Source: an uncultured Acidobacteriota bacterium (GTDB taxonomy: Bacteria; Acidobacteriota; JAQAZP01). From it: 64,000 bases of DNA. Every line of letters begins with the position of its first letter. Positions within the stretch are counted from its first letter, which is position 1. This document shows, piece after piece, positions 19,555-29,100 of the stretch. The translations under genes were made by a program, and so were the position numbers. The stretch covers positions 480,001-544,000 of the forward strand of contig CAWIIB010000001.1 in assembly GCA_963836075.1 (NCBI GenBank). Reading direction: 5' to 3'. The notes under the pieces were generated by a model, which had not been told where the DNA came from, did not search any database, and was given only the letters and a program-made list of their open reading frames with translations.

Positions 19555-21126
19555 ATGAGCATAGCGGAAGACTTGAAACAGAACCTGCCGCGGGAGTGGC
19601 CCAACCCGTCTCCGGATCCCGACCTGGTGATCGTCTCCCCCTATGTCGACCACATCGCCTACGGTGTCCGCTCTCTCTCCTCGGTGTTGCGCAGCCGCGG
19701 TTTTTCCACCAGACTTATTTTTCTGCCGCATCTGCAACCGGTGGAAAACCTGGAGTTCGATTTCTACCGCCCATACAGTGCGCTCGTCCTGGACCAGTTG
19801 GCCGATCTCTGCCGACAGGCGCCCTTTGTCGGCATCTCCTTGATGTCCAATAACTTCGCCCAGGCGGTTCAACTCACCCGCCACCTGAAATCGCACACGC
19901 CGTGCCAGGTGATCTGGGGCGGCGTGCACCCCACCGTCCGGGCTGAGGAATGTCTCGAACACGCGGACTACGTCTGTGTCGGCGAAGGCGAGGAGGCACT
20001 GTCCCGCTTCATGGAACTGCACCGCTCGGGGGGAGACCCAGCCGACGCACCAAATTTCTGGTCCCGCCGTGACGGTGAGCTGGTGCAGAACCCGGTGCTG
20101 CCCCTGATCGAGGATCTGGACAGCCTGCCGCTGCAGGATTTTACCCTCGATGACCACCACGTGCTCTCCCCTGACGGCGACGGGATCATCCCGGTGGACG
20201 AGCAGGTCTTCCGGGACATGTCCCTCCGCGGGCTTCACCTGGGAGGGGGAGATGCGGTCTTTCAGGTGATGTCCACCCGGGGGTGTCCCCACGCCTGCGC
20301 CTACTGTTTCAACTCGTGGCACAAGAGCCTCTACCGCGGGCAGCAGCAGCTCCGGCGACGGAAGGTGGCCAACGTGATTCACGAATTGGCCTATTTCCGG
20401 GAGCGCTTCCCCTACATCGGGATCATGGCGCTGACCGATGACAGTTTTCTCTCTGCCGACAGTCAGTGGCTCACCGAATTCACCCGGGAGTACAAGGAAC
20501 GGATCGGCCTGCCCTTCTACTGCCTGGTGAGCCCGGTAACCCTTGATGAGCAGAAGTTCGAGATGCTGCTGGATGCCGGGTTGAAAATCGTGGAGATGGG
20601 AATCCAGACCGGCAACAGCGATGCGCTGCGACGATACAACAGGCGCATCACCAATGAGCAGATTCTCGAGGCCGCCGGCACCCTGAACCGCTTCTCCGGC
20701 CGGTTCCTGCCGCCGATCTACGACATTATCCTTGATGACCCCCTGGGGGAATACGCCGAGGCGCTGGACACCATCGGCCTGCTGCGCCGGATGCCGCGGC
20801 CCTATGTCCTGCACATCTTTTCGATGACGCTCTTCCCCGGCACGGCACTCTATAAAAGGGCGGTGAAAAAGGGAATTCTCAGCGCCGACGATCTCGAGGA
20901 GCGGGTCTATCGCAAGATCACCAGCCTCTCGTCGGACCGCTACCTCTATTTGCTGATCAAGCTGTTCAATCGCCCCTACGTGCCGGTGAGTCTGATCGCC
21001 TTTCTCGCCTCGCCGCCGCTGCGGCTGATTTTCGACCACCTCTGGTTCCCCAGGCTCATCGCCCTGTCCCGCCGGCTGTTTCGGGGTCTTGGCTGGCGAA
21101 CCGTCAAACCGGTACAGGCGAATTGA
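19555..21126 (+). CDS. B12-binding radical SAM protein (class B methyltransferase-like)
   Basis: WGGVHPT, VGEGE, TRGCPHACAYC, DDSF, GIQTG, FPGT. Confidence 0.9.
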   Translation: MSIAEDLKQNLPREWPNPSPDPDLVIVSPYVDHIAYGVRSLSSVLRSRGFSTRLIFLPHLQPVENLEFDFYRPYSALVLDQLADLCRQAPFVGISLMSNNFAQAVQLTRHLKSHTPCQVIWGGVHPTVRAEECLEHADYVCVGEGEEALSRFMELHRSGGDPADAPNFWSRRDGELVQNPVLPLIEDLDSLPLQDFTLDDHHVLSPDGDGIIPVDEQVFRDMSLRGLHLGGGDAVFQVMSTRGCPHACAYCFNSWHKSLYRGQQQLRRRKVANVIHELAYFRERFPYIGIMALTDDSFLSADSQWLTEFTREYKERIGLPFYCLVSPVTLDEQKFEMLLDAGLKIVEMGIQTGNSDALRRYNRRITNEQILEAAGTLNRFSGRFLPPIYDIILDDPLGEYAEALDTIGLLRRMPRPYVLHIFSMTLFPGTALYKRAVKKGILSADDLEERVYRKITSLSSDRYLYLLIKLFNRPYVPVSLIAFLASPPLRLIFDHLWFPRLIALSRRLFRGLGWRTVKPVQAN

Positions 21127-21137
21127 GAGGAGTTGTC

Positions 21138-22547
21138 ATGTTCCCGGAAACGGCAGGTGTTGACCACGGACTGATGCAGAAACTGCTGCGCAGTTCGCTC
21201 TCCCGCGGCGGAGACTTTTCCGAACTCTATTTCGAGGAGAGCCGCTCCGGATCCATCGCCCTGGAAGAGGGGATCATCAAACATGCCGGCCGGCAGGTCT
21301 TTCGCGGGCTGGGTGTGCGGGTGGTGATCGGCGAGCAGACCGGCTACGCCTACACCGAGGACCTCTCCATGGCGGCCATGGAAAAGGCTGCGCTCACCGC
21401 CGCGGCCATCGCCCGCGGCACCACGGGCCGGGAGATCCCCGAGGTGTCGGTGGGCCGGGCCCAAGGCCGCTACCCGGTGGAGATCCCCCCCGCGGACGTG
21501 GACGTGGACCGCAAGATCGCCCTGATCCGCGAGGCCGAAGCGGCGGCCATGGCCCGGGATCCGAGGATCACCAAGGTCAATGCCAGCTTTGCCGAGACCA
21601 CCAGCCAGGTCACCGTGGCCACCAGCGAGGGGTTGCTGCTCAGGGACACCCGGCCGATGATGCGGATCAGCGTGGAAGCGGTGGCCGAGGACGGCGACAA
21701 TCTGCAGCAGGGACGCAGCTCCGGGGGCGGCCGGCTGGGCATGGAGTATTTTGACCGGGTGACCAGTGCCGTGGAGCACGGCAACGAAGCGGCTCGCCGG
21801 GCCCTGCTGCTTCTCGAGGCGGTTGACGCCCCGGCCGGACCGATGGAGGTGATCCTCGGGCCGGCGGAATCGGGGATCTTGCTCCACGAGTCGGTGGGCC
21901 ACCCGCTGGAGGCCGACTTCAACCGCAAGGGCACTTCGGCCTATGCCGGGCGGATCGGCGAAGTGGTGGCTTCACCGCTCTGCACCGTAATCGACGACGC
22001 CACGGTGGCCAACGACCGCGGCGCCCTCAGCTTTGACGACGAGGGGGTCATGGGCCAGCGTACGGTGCTGATCGAGAAGGGGGTTCTGCGCGGCTACATG
22101 CACGACCGGATCAGCGCCAGGTACTTCGCCACCGACCCCACCGGCAACGGCCGCCGTGAATCCTACAAGCACAACCCCATACCGCGGATGACCACCACCT
22201 ACATGATGGCCGGGGACCACGACCCCGAGGAGATCTTCGCCTCCACCGCCAGAGGCCTCTACTGCGTCTCATTTCTCGGCGGCCAGGTCGACATCTCCAA
22301 CGGCGACTTTGTCTTTGTCCCCTCCGAGGCATACCTGGTGGAGGACGGAAAAATTACCGTGCCGGTGAAGAATCTGACCCTCATCGGCAACGGCCCGGAC
22401 GTGATGACCCGGATCACCATGGTGGGCACCGACTTCGGCACCAGCGACGGCATGTGGACCTGCGGCAAGGGGCAGAGCGTTCCGGTGGGCGTCGGCCTGC
22501 CCACAGTGAAGATATCGGAGATTACCGTTGGCGGCAGCGCCTTTTAG
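21138..22547 (+). CDS. tldD: TldD metalloprotease subunit
   Basis: LLHESVGHPLEAD, TGNGRRES, PRMT, CGKGQSVPV..G.PT. Confidence 0.93.
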   Translation: MFPETAGVDHGLMQKLLRSSLSRGGDFSELYFEESRSGSIALEEGIIKHAGRQVFRGLGVRVVIGEQTGYAYTEDLSMAAMEKAALTAAAIARGTTGREIPEVSVGRAQGRYPVEIPPADVDVDRKIALIREAEAAAMARDPRITKVNASFAETTSQVTVATSEGLLLRDTRPMMRISVEAVAEDGDNLQQGRSSGGGRLGMEYFDRVTSAVEHGNEAARRALLLLEAVDAPAGPMEVILGPAESGILLHESVGHPLEADFNRKGTSAYAGRIGEVVASPLCTVIDDATVANDRGALSFDDEGVMGQRTVLIEKGVLRGYMHDRISARYFATDPTGNGRRESYKHNPIPRMTTTYMMAGDHDPEEIFASTARGLYCVSFLGGQVDISNGDFVFVPSEAYLVEDGKITVPVKNLTLIGNGPDVMTRITMVGTDFGTSDGMWTCGKGQSVPVGVGLPTVKISEITVGGSAF

Positions 22548-22557
22548 GGAGAACAGC

Positions 22558-23904
22558 GTGGATCTTGAACGTGGCAAACGACTGGCCCGGGACACGGTGG
22601 AACTGGCCAAGGCCAAGGGCGCCGACAGCGTCTCGGTGACCATGGCCCGCAACGAGGAGTTCAGCGTCTCGGTGCGCCAGGGCGAGATCGAGCTGCTGAA
22701 CCAGGCCGGGGCCAGCTACCTCGAAGCGGAGGTCATCGTGGGGCAACGATCCTCCACGGTGCACACCTGCGACCTGGGCGAGCCCTCCATCGCCGGACTG
22801 CTGGACGAGGCCCTGGCCCTGGCCCGGCACACCGAGCCCGACGAGTTCAACACCCTGCCCGACCGGGACGAGCTGGGCGCCGCCACGGTTGACCTCGACC
22901 TCTTCGACACCCGGGTGGAGCAGACCACGGTGGAGGAGAAAACCGCCGTGGCCCTGGAGATGGAAAAGGCGGCCCTGGCCGCCGACCCGCGGATCATCCC
23001 CGACTCGTCTTCGGTGGGCAGCACCCTGATCCTGCTGGCCCGGGCCAATTCACTGGGCTTCTGCGACGGCTACCGCAAGACGTCCGCCGCCCTGTCGCTC
23101 AGCTGCGCCGCCGAGGACCGTGGCAAGGGCGGTGAGCAGAACACCGGCCGCAAGCAGTCCGCTTCGTGGTACTCCGCCGACCACCACTGGGGCGATCTGG
23201 AAGCCCCCGGCGACGTGGCCCGCACCGCCGTGGAACGGGTGCTGCGCAAACTGGGTGCGGTGAAACCGAAGACCCAGGTGGTGCCGGTGGTCTTTGACCC
23301 GCTCACCGCCGCCTCCCTGGTCAGCACCCTGGCCTCGGCGGCCAGCGGCGGCCGGGTCTACCAGAAACTGACCTACCTCGCCGGGCGGCTGGGCCAGCGG
23401 GTGGGCTCGCCGGCACTGACCATGGTGGACGACCCGCTGATCCCCCGGGGCCACGGCAGCCGGCCCTTCGACGGCGAGGGCGTCCGCTCGCGCCGCAACG
23501 TGGTGCTGGAGGCCGGCCTGCTGAAACAGTATTTCCTCGGCACCTACTCGGCGAACAAGCTGGGGATGAAAACCACCGGCTCCAGCGGCGGCACCTCGAA
23601 TTTTCACCTGTTGCCCGGCGACCACTCACCCGAGGAGATCATCGCCTCGGTGGACAGCGGGCTCTACATCACGTCCCTCTCCGGCCAGGGCACCGACCTG
23701 GTCACCGGAGACTACTCCCGCGGCGCCCAGGGACTCTGGATCAGTGGGGGAAAACTCTCCCACCCGGTGAGCGAGCTGACCATCGCTTCCACCCTCGACG
23801 CCATCTACAACGGTATACTGATGGTGGGGAACGATCTGCGGTTTAACCGCAGCGTGGTCAGCCCCACACTGAAGGTCGAGCAGATGACCGTCAGCGGCAG
23901 TTGA
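22558..23904 (+). CDS. pmbA: TldE/PmbA subunit
   Basis: SRPFDGEG, TGDYSRGA, SPTL; no HExxH; follows tldD. Confidence 0.9.
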   Translation: MDLERGKRLARDTVELAKAKGADSVSVTMARNEEFSVSVRQGEIELLNQAGASYLEAEVIVGQRSSTVHTCDLGEPSIAGLLDEALALARHTEPDEFNTLPDRDELGAATVDLDLFDTRVEQTTVEEKTAVALEMEKAALAADPRIIPDSSSVGSTLILLARANSLGFCDGYRKTSAALSLSCAAEDRGKGGEQNTGRKQSASWYSADHHWGDLEAPGDVARTAVERVLRKLGAVKPKTQVVPVVFDPLTAASLVSTLASAASGGRVYQKLTYLAGRLGQRVGSPALTMVDDPLIPRGHGSRPFDGEGVRSRRNVVLEAGLLKQYFLGTYSANKLGMKTTGSSGGTSNFHLLPGDHSPEEIIASVDSGLYITSLSGQGTDLVTGDYSRGAQGLWISGGKLSHPVSELTIASTLDAIYNGILMVGNDLRFNRSVVSPTLKVEQMTVSGS

Positions 23905-23941
23905 ACCGGCTGGCGGCGCGGCAAAAACCAGGGGGCACATC

Positions 23942-25345
23942 ATGTTCCGATACCTCACAGCCGGAGAATCCCACGGCAAGGGCCTGACGCTGATCATCGA
24001 CGGTCTGCCGTCCGGCGTATCCATCGACCTGGACCGGATCAACCGCGAGCTGTCCCGCCGCCAGTGGGGCTATGGCCGCGGCGAGCGGCAGAAGATCGAG
24101 AAGGACCAGGCCCTGGTCTTCTCCGGTCTCCGTTTCGGCGAGACCATCGGCGCCCCCATCACCCTGCACATCCCCAACCTCGACTGGAAGAACCACCGCC
24201 GCACCATGTCCACCGAACCGCTGCCCAAGGGCAGCACCACCTCGCCGGAGATGACCGTGCCGCGCCCCGGCCACGCCGACCTGGCCGGCTGGTACAAGTA
24301 CGGCCGCCGGGACCTGCGGGACATCTGGGAACAGTCCAGCGCCCGGGACACCGCCGCCCACACCGCAGCCGGCGCCATCGCCCGGCAACTGCTGGAGCAG
24401 TTGGGCGTGCGGGTGACCAGCCACACCATCCGGGTGGGCAAGGCGGGCGTGGAGGCCCCCGACGAAGTGACCCTGGAGCAGGCGGAAGCCATCCCCTCCC
24501 GCTCGAGCTTTCGCTGTGCGGACAGCATCCTCGAGAAAGTGATGGAGTCCCAGGTGGACCGGGCCGCCAAGGCCGGGGACACCCTGGGCGGGGCCTTCCA
24601 GGTGCTGGCCAACGGGGTCTGCCCCGGCCTGGGCCGCATCTCCCGCGACGGCCTGGCCATGGACGCCCGTCTCTCCAGCGCGCTGATGTCGATCCCCTCG
24701 GTGAAGGGGGTGGAGGTGGGCTACGGTGTTCGCGGCGTCCTGGCCGGCCTCAGCGGCAAGCACTTCCACGATCCGATCACCCGCGAAGCGGGATGCAAGG
24801 CCATCACCCGCGGCTCCAACCACGCCGGGGGCATCGAAGGCGGCCTGACCAACGGCGAGCTGATCCGGCTCACCGCCTACGTCAAGCCGATCTCCACCCT
24901 GGGCCAACCGCTGGAATCCATCGACCTGCAGACCGGCAAGGTCAGGCCGTCGGAATCGCCGCGCTCTGACGTCTGTGTGCTGCCCGCCGCCGGCGTGGTG
25001 GGCGAAGCCGCGGTGCTGCTGGTGCTGCTGGAGGTCTACCTGGAGACCTTTGGCGGGGACACCATTGAGGAGATGGTGGGAGCGTATGAGGCGCACCTGA
25101 AAATGATCGAGGAGCGGTTGCCCTCAGCAGTGGTGGCGCCTGCACCTGAACCCGCAGCAGCAGTCCCGGCGGTGGAGCCGGTGGTGCAGAAGGAGCCTGA
25201 ACCTGTTCCGGAGGTGAAGCAGGGGGCGGCACCCGTTGTGGAGGAGACGAAGGCTACTCCGGTTGTGGAAGTTTTGCCGAAGCCGGAAGTGAAGCCGACT
25301 GGGCCATATTACCTGCCCACGGGCCGCCCGAAGCCTCACCGGTAG
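23942..25345 (+). CDS. aroC: Chorismate synthase with Pro/Glu/Val-rich C-terminal extension
   Basis: TAGESHG, RPGHAD, SSAR, GGIEGG..NG, RSDVC. Confidence 0.88.
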   Translation: MFRYLTAGESHGKGLTLIIDGLPSGVSIDLDRINRELSRRQWGYGRGERQKIEKDQALVFSGLRFGETIGAPITLHIPNLDWKNHRRTMSTEPLPKGSTTSPEMTVPRPGHADLAGWYKYGRRDLRDIWEQSSARDTAAHTAAGAIARQLLEQLGVRVTSHTIRVGKAGVEAPDEVTLEQAEAIPSRSSFRCADSILEKVMESQVDRAAKAGDTLGGAFQVLANGVCPGLGRISRDGLAMDARLSSALMSIPSVKGVEVGYGVRGVLAGLSGKHFHDPITREAGCKAITRGSNHAGGIEGGLTNGELIRLTAYVKPISTLGQPLESIDLQTGKVRPSESPRSDVCVLPAAGVVGEAAVLLVLLEVYLETFGGDTIEEMVGAYEAHLKMIEERLPSAVVAPAPEPAAAVPAVEPVVQKEPEPVPEVKQGAAPVVEETKATPVVEVLPKPEVKPTGPYYLPTGRPKPHR

Positions 25346-25360
25346 AGGCACAACGTTATA

Positions 25361-25726
25361 TTGAGTTCAGCGGCATCCAGACACAATCGGCAGGCGCCCT
25401 ACTGGGCGGCCGGTCTGTTCATCTTCTGCGCCACCGGCCTGGCCACCATCTGGGTCGATGGCGGGCCGTTCTGGAAGGGCTACGTGCTGGACATGGTGGG
25501 ACCGGCCTGGAACTACATCCTGATTCGTGGACTGTTCACCTCCTGGGTTGACAACGCCTGGACCCGCTTCTTCACACCAACCAGAACCGTGATCATCTTC
25601 CTGCTGGTCAGCTTCGCCATCGAGGGCGCCCAGTATTTCGAGCTGTATGACGCCACCTTCGACCCGTGGGACCTGGTGGCGTATGTCTCCCTGCTCGTCC
25701 CTCTTTATCTGCTCGACCGGACCTGA
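25361..25726 (+). CDS. Small membrane protein (DUF2809-like)
   Basis: Hydrophobic segments; IEGAQYF..TFDPWDLVAY pattern. Confidence 0.6.
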   Translation: MSSAASRHNRQAPYWAAGLFIFCATGLATIWVDGGPFWKGYVLDMVGPAWNYILIRGLFTSWVDNAWTRFFTPTRTVIIFLLVSFAIEGAQYFELYDATFDPWDLVAYVSLLVPLYLLDRT

Positions 25727-26037
25727 TCCGGGCCCGTTCATCACTCGTACGGCATTTCCGGATTGTTCGTTAACCCGCGCCTTTCCCCCTGATAGGGTCA
25801 CTATCAGCAACGTATAGCAGTGGTTTCCCAACACGATGGCTGACCGGAGATGAGGCACATGGCTCCTCCCTGCCCGGTGCAGGATGAGTTTGACTCCTCC
25901 CTGGTCAGGCCACCCTTTTCACTGGAAGTTCAGCACGAAGACACAACTGGTTTCTCCATCCGGAGTATCTTGATGCCAGGGGGGGTGGGTTGCCCTGTGG
26001 CGGGACTGACCTTGAAGGATGAGCAGGCAGGATCCGC

Positions 26038-26685
26038 CTATTGCTCTTCCCCCGGGTCAATGGTGGTGTAGTTGAAGTAGTTCGCTGTTTTCCTGGAAAA
26101 GAAAAGTGAGGTGACGGTTAGTTCGTTATTCTTGTTAATGCCGGGAAAATCAAGACAGAAGAAATTCTGGATCAGGTAGACGTACGCATCCATATTCCAT
26201 GTCCCGTTGTCGAGGACGATCCGGGCGTCTTCCTTCATCTTCTCCGCAACAAATTTACTGAATATCCCCCGGGGGATGACACGAGGGTTATTGTCGATGA
26301 CAACGTAGTCGCTTTCCCGGACACGATTGATGAACTCATCGTCACTGAAAATGGAATTGGGTTCATAGTGCCGCAAACAGACGTTATCGGGTATTTCATA
26401 ATTGCTGTTCAACTCGGTTACCCACTCGGTATCATGCTCATAACTGCAGACTTCCTTGAAGTGGGATGCCCAGTAGATGGTTGAATCCCCCGATCCGATT
26501 TCAAGCAGGGTCTTTCCACTCAGATTTCTGTCCGGATGGGTCAGATAGTCAACGAATCCATGAGTCAGCAGCGGGTATGGCTGGTCTCCCATTTCCTCCT
26601 CCAGTGCACATCGGGTAAGCGGCAAAAGCTCTCGCTCAATCGGGCGGGAAGTAATATAAATCATCATCGTCAAAAGATTGGTCAT
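26038..26685 (-). CDS. Putative class I SAM-dependent methyltransferase
   Basis: LLEIGSGDST, SYEHD..W, VIDN, IVLDN; lower-GC codon usage. Confidence 0.65.
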   Translation of the reverse strand: MTNLLTMMIYITSRPIERELLPLTRCALEEEMGDQPYPLLTHGFVDYLTHPDRNLSGKTLLEIGSGDSTIYWASHFKEVCSYEHDTEWVTELNSNYEIPDNVCLRHYEPNSIFSDDEFINRVRESDYVVIDNNPRVIPRGIFSKFVAEKMKEDARIVLDNGTWNMDAYVYLIQNFFCLDFPGINKNNELTVTSLFFSRKTANYFNYTTIDPGEEQ

Positions 26686-27628
26686 AGAACCGATTGCTCA
26701 TTGCGTTGGGTACGTTCCTCGCCTGGGTGACGCAATTGCAGTCCAGCACATTGAAGGAGTAATTTCTATCGATGACTTCCTTCATCAATTCTTCGACCAA
26801 CCCGCCATCATCCAGCATGATGTGTGAGGAATCCCCGGAGTAGAGGACTGCCGTGGGGTCGCTCTTTTTTATGGCCTGCAAGGTTTTTTCGTCCTGGATC
26901 TTGACCTGACAAAGATTGATATGATGCACGCCGATTTCTTCGGAAATCCGCAGCATTTCAAACAGTTTCTCCCTGTTCTTCGGCCAGACCGCGATTTCAA
27001 TGCTGACCGAATCGATGACCTTCGCGGCCTTTTCCATACGCTCGTACACCCTGTCGGAAAAACCATCCGCCGCGACATTGACTCGAAGGTCATCGATCCT
27101 GATGGCGGCAAGCCTTTCGATATACTGGTCACTGAGCAACGTGCCGTTGGTATAGACTTTCGCATACCCCCTGCGGTGAGTCACCCGGGGTTCAAGTTCA
27201 TTGATATAGAAATTCTGTGCCGCTTCTATCATGCCAATGTACAGTAAGGGTTCCCCATTGCGATAGTGATTGTAAATCATCGTGTGCCGGGAAAGATCAA
27301 AATGCTTTTTCTGGTGAAGATAGTCGAAGATCATGCGGTTCTTCCATTCCGCGGACAAGGTGTATTCCTCGATGGCTTCAAACTTTGAATCAAACTGCTG
27401 GACGACATCAAAGCAGTAGAGACACTTCCTGTTGCAGACATTCGGAAATTTGTTGTCTTCATATCCGAACACCATCTGTTTACTGCTGTAACAATATTTG
27501 CACGTTATATGAAGCGGTCCGATATGGGCCACGCCCCCGCCCAGGGACAGTTTGTATTTGTCCGAATAGCGTGACATTTCCAGTTGCCTGTTAAACTTTG
27601 CGATCAGTGCATCCTGCAGAGTATTCAT
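26636..27628 (-). CDS. Radical SAM protein (uncharacterised COG2108-like)
   Basis: CKYC and CNRKCLYC, NGEPL, YTNG, IDDLRVN; GGAGGAG upstream. Confidence 0.8.
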   Translation of the reverse strand: MNTLQDALIAKFNRQLEMSRYSDKYKLSLGGGVAHIGPLHITCKYCYSSKQMVFGYEDNKFPNVCNRKCLYCFDVVQQFDSKFEAIEEYTLSAEWKNRMIFDYLHQKKHFDLSRHTMIYNHYRNGEPLLYIGMIEAAQNFYINELEPRVTHRRGYAKVYTNGTLLSDQYIERLAAIRIDDLRVNVAADGFSDRVYERMEKAAKVIDSVSIEIAVWPKNREKLFEMLRISEEIGVHHINLCQVKIQDEKTLQAIKKSDPTAVLYSGDSSHIMLDDGGLVEELMKEVIDRNYSFNVLDCNCVTQARNVPNAMSNRFYDQSFDDDDLYYFPPD

Positions 27629-28089
27629 TGCAATTTTTTTGACTCCTCCCCGCCCATCGGTCGATGGTGGAGAGAAGTGGATCCTTCTGCTTGGCCGGCC
27701 GGCCGGCCGGTTGTTTTTATCGTGGTCACCGCGCCGTAAATAATCTGCCGGGTGTTGTCATAATCTACTGCGGCTCAAGGCCTGAATTTCGTTCGTGAAG
27801 TCATGGGCACAGAGACCTTCATGGATGCCCAGGCCCCAATACCAACGACTAACTCATTATACATCCAACATTTACTGCCGTCCAACCCTGTTGCCGGCGA
27901 CTGGAACAGCCAGGCACTCTGCGCTGATATGATCATAATTCACAGGGAGTTGATCTGATGCGTGTCTCGCAACCAGAAGAGTTCGTCGGGTGGTGGGAAG
28001 CCGTCTCCTCCATCAGGGACGGCAATCCCCGAGAGGTCGAGGGGCTGATCGAACGGATTCACCCCGACGGGCGGTCTGCTGTTTACTCC

Positions 28090-29100
28090 TCATTGCCGGC
28101 AGCGCAGTTCAAAGATGATCGTCGGCGCCATCAACCTCAGGGCGGCCGCGCTGAAGTTGTTCCCTGCCCTTCCTGACGGCCAGCCGTCGATGGTCAGGCG
28201 AACGATGCTGTTCGTGTCCAGCCGGCTGAATTCCCTGTTCAGCAAGGCTTTCAGTTCCAACTCTTCGAGACTGCTCACCTGCAGTTCAAGATCCACCATG
28301 GGGCTGGATGGCAGGGGAATGAAGCGCTCGCCGGTGATAAGCCCACGGCCGTCCTCCTTGCCCGCCAGGTCGAGCAGTATGTATCCCTTGGTCTCGTCCT
28401 TCTCGGCAAAGGCGGTGCGCTCGGTTGAACCGGGGTAGATCACCGGGGCGGGCAGGGGGCGTTCCTGCAGATCGTGTGTAAGGGTTTGCTGACGGTGAAT
28501 ATGACCGGAAAGCACCGCGGCAAACCCTTCCGGGATCATGCGGCCCGGGATGATGTCGTCGCCTCGGCGGAAGGTGTAGTTGTGCGGTCCAACCGTCGCC
28601 CCTTCCACGGACTGGTGCATGCAGAGCAGGCGGATGCCGGCCTCATGTCTGTCCCAGCCGGTTTCGGCCAGCAGACGGGGGAAGGCCTGCCGGATGCCGT
28701 TCCGCTGGCAGGGGAAGCCGGAGATGGCCAGCCGCTCCCCTTTCGCTTCGAAGATGAAGGTGCCGGGCTTGCGGAAGACATGGAGGTTCTCCAGGTCCCA
28801 GAGCAGGGGCAGCGGTGTTGCCGATCGCTCGTGGTTGCCGGGCACCAGGACGAAGGGGACACCGCGGTCGGTTACCTCGGCGATGATGTCCAGGGCTTTC
28901 TGCACCACGTCGGGCCGCACCTTGGAACGGAAGAAGATGTCGCCCCCGTGGATCACCAGGTCCACATCGCCTTTGCGGGCCGGTTCGAGGGCCCGCCTGA
29001 AGTTGTCGTAGAACTCGGGGCCGCGGCGGCGGCGCTCCACCCTGGGCCGCAGGGGGTCGTCAAACCCGAGGTGCGTGTCGGCAAGGAAGAGAACGCGCAT
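28090..29100 (-). CDS. SbcD/Mre11-like metallophosphoesterase nuclease
   Basis: ADTHLG, GGDIF, PGNHE, MHQ, SGHIH, YPGS. Confidence 0.88.
   Translation of the reverse strand: MRVLFLADTHLGFDDPLRPRVERRRRGPEFYDNFRRALEPARKGDVDLVIHGGDIFFRSKVRPDVVQKALDIIAEVTDRGVPFVLVPGNHERSATPLPLLWDLENLHVFRKPGTFIFEAKGERLAISGFPCQRNGIRQAFPRLLAETGWDRHEAGIRLLCMHQSVEGATVGPHNYTFRRGDDIIPGRMIPEGFAAVLSGHIHRQQTLTHDLQERPLPAPVIYPGSTERTAFAEKDETKGYILLDLAGKEDGRGLITGERFIPLPSSPMVDLELQVSSLEELELKALLNREFSRLDTNSIVRLTIDGWPSGRAGNNFSAAALRLMAPTIIFELRCRQ

Noticed and set aside
25345-27960. Integron cassette array
   Set aside because: No convincing attC structure and no integrase in the window.
27958-28176. 72-aa ORF with RBS-like GGGAG
   Set aside because: No motif and it overlaps the sbcD-like 3' end; at most a fragment.
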